A model generated the notes under the pieces. The model was not told the origin of the DNA. It saw nothing but the letters and a program-made list of their open reading frames with translations, and did not search any database. The position numbers were made by a program, and so were the translations under genes. Below are positions 63,037 to 64,000 of a stretch of DNA of 64,000 nucleotides, one piece after another (the first letter of the stretch is position 1; every line of letters begins with the position of its first letter). Origin of the DNA: Pristiophorus japonicus (Eukaryota); contig NC_091989.1 of the NCBI RefSeq assembly GCF_044704955.1, forward strand, positions 104,656,001 to 104,720,000, written 5' to 3'.

Positions 63037-64000
63037 ACTTTCTTCACAGTCCGACTCCTGAGAGAAACGTCCCTCTGAATGCACAGCGATTTTTGGCGTT
63101 TGTTTAAAATAGACGATATTTGATCCGCCGCCTGTTCTACATCTATTCAGCATTTTTTTAAATTAAATGAAGGCAGAAGAGCTAAACATACACTTAATAC
63201 AGCCTGTGCTAATGAATAGGTCGCGGTAATATTTTTCATGTTTGATTTACAGCATAGATCGTGCAATGACTGCAGTCGGCGGTATGCCATAATCCGGTAG
63301 CAACCCGCCATCCCTGAATAATTCTTCTGATCCCTGTGTGGAATTACACAGAGTTTCGGGGAATTTATTCGTTGGTTATTTGGCGCAAACTGGTACATAG
63401 TGTCAACCATTTCACTCGAGATGCCTAACCAGAGGAAATCTCCACTCGTGTCTACACCGACGGGAAGAGAGAAATCCTACCCCGGGGCCATTTAGAATGA
63501 ATCATTGCTTCACCCTCCCGTGGGTTAGGGTATCTGTTAATTGGCTTCAGTTTCGCTGGCAGTTTCTCAATGTATCCTGGACAGCAGCCTTGAAATTCCC
63601 AGCTTACTTTCAATTCTGTTTTCATGGTTGTGAGATTCCCTTCCATGGGCAGAGCCACCTTACACTGCAAGACATTGTAACTGAATCCAACTGGGCGGGT
63701 ATTTTTAAAGCCACTAATCTGCAGAAAACATTGCAGTTTTCCTTACAGAAATCTTGCCCAACAAAGCTTCAATGTTGCCCGGTACGAGTTGAAATATTTT
63801 CGATCCGCGGCCGACCAGGCAAAGACTTGGCCGAGGTTTCCGCTTCTGTGCTGCCCAGCCCGCGATTTTCCGTTCGGAAAACCTCGACGAACTGATTTTA
63901 AGGGGTAAGAATGAAATGTTTAGATTGTATTTTAATTACCACATTTCATTCTAATGTAAAACATGCAAGACTGGAGGGCAAGTTAGAGATTTCACTGGAC

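Noticed and set aside
63452-63720. Candidate V-set exon (acceptor ttttctgcag; SVTMSCSV in one frame, LQCKV...VSWEF in another)
   Set aside because: Phase 1 gives an immediate TAG, and no frame has the C...W...YxC pattern.

Overview
Eukaryotic, repeat-dense window. The repeat inventory points to a cartilaginous fish (shark-like); this is inferred from CR1 LINEs with (GTTCTTAT)n/(GTTTCTAT)n tails, L2 LINEs, Deu-domain SINEs, LF-SINE-like copies and a Penelope-associated palindrome. Most ORFs in the supplied track are transposon fragments or antisense noise. One host gene is supported, on the minus strand: three phase-compatible exons (Ig C1-set 53434-53730, transmembrane 50997-51113, cytoplasmic/terminal 36451-36653) of an Ig-superfamily type I membrane protein whose 5' exons were not found here. 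Large elements are a full-length Gypsy (3229-12479) with a second full-length Gypsy nested antisense in its 5' LTR (3266-8018), a decayed full-length PIF/Harbinger transposon (14589-22085) with a probable CR1-mediated internal inversion, nested CR1 and L2 piles, and many Harbinger-type MITEs. The standout is a ~1.04 kb non-coding insert (51857-52898) in the C1-TM intron. It starts with a copy of the 28S rRNA sequence upstream of the R2 target site, folds as an HDV-like ribozyme, and ends in AAA before TAGCC: a probable non-autonomous R2-derived element outside rDNA. All alignments and counts were made by eye, and family assignments rest on recalled consensus motifs.
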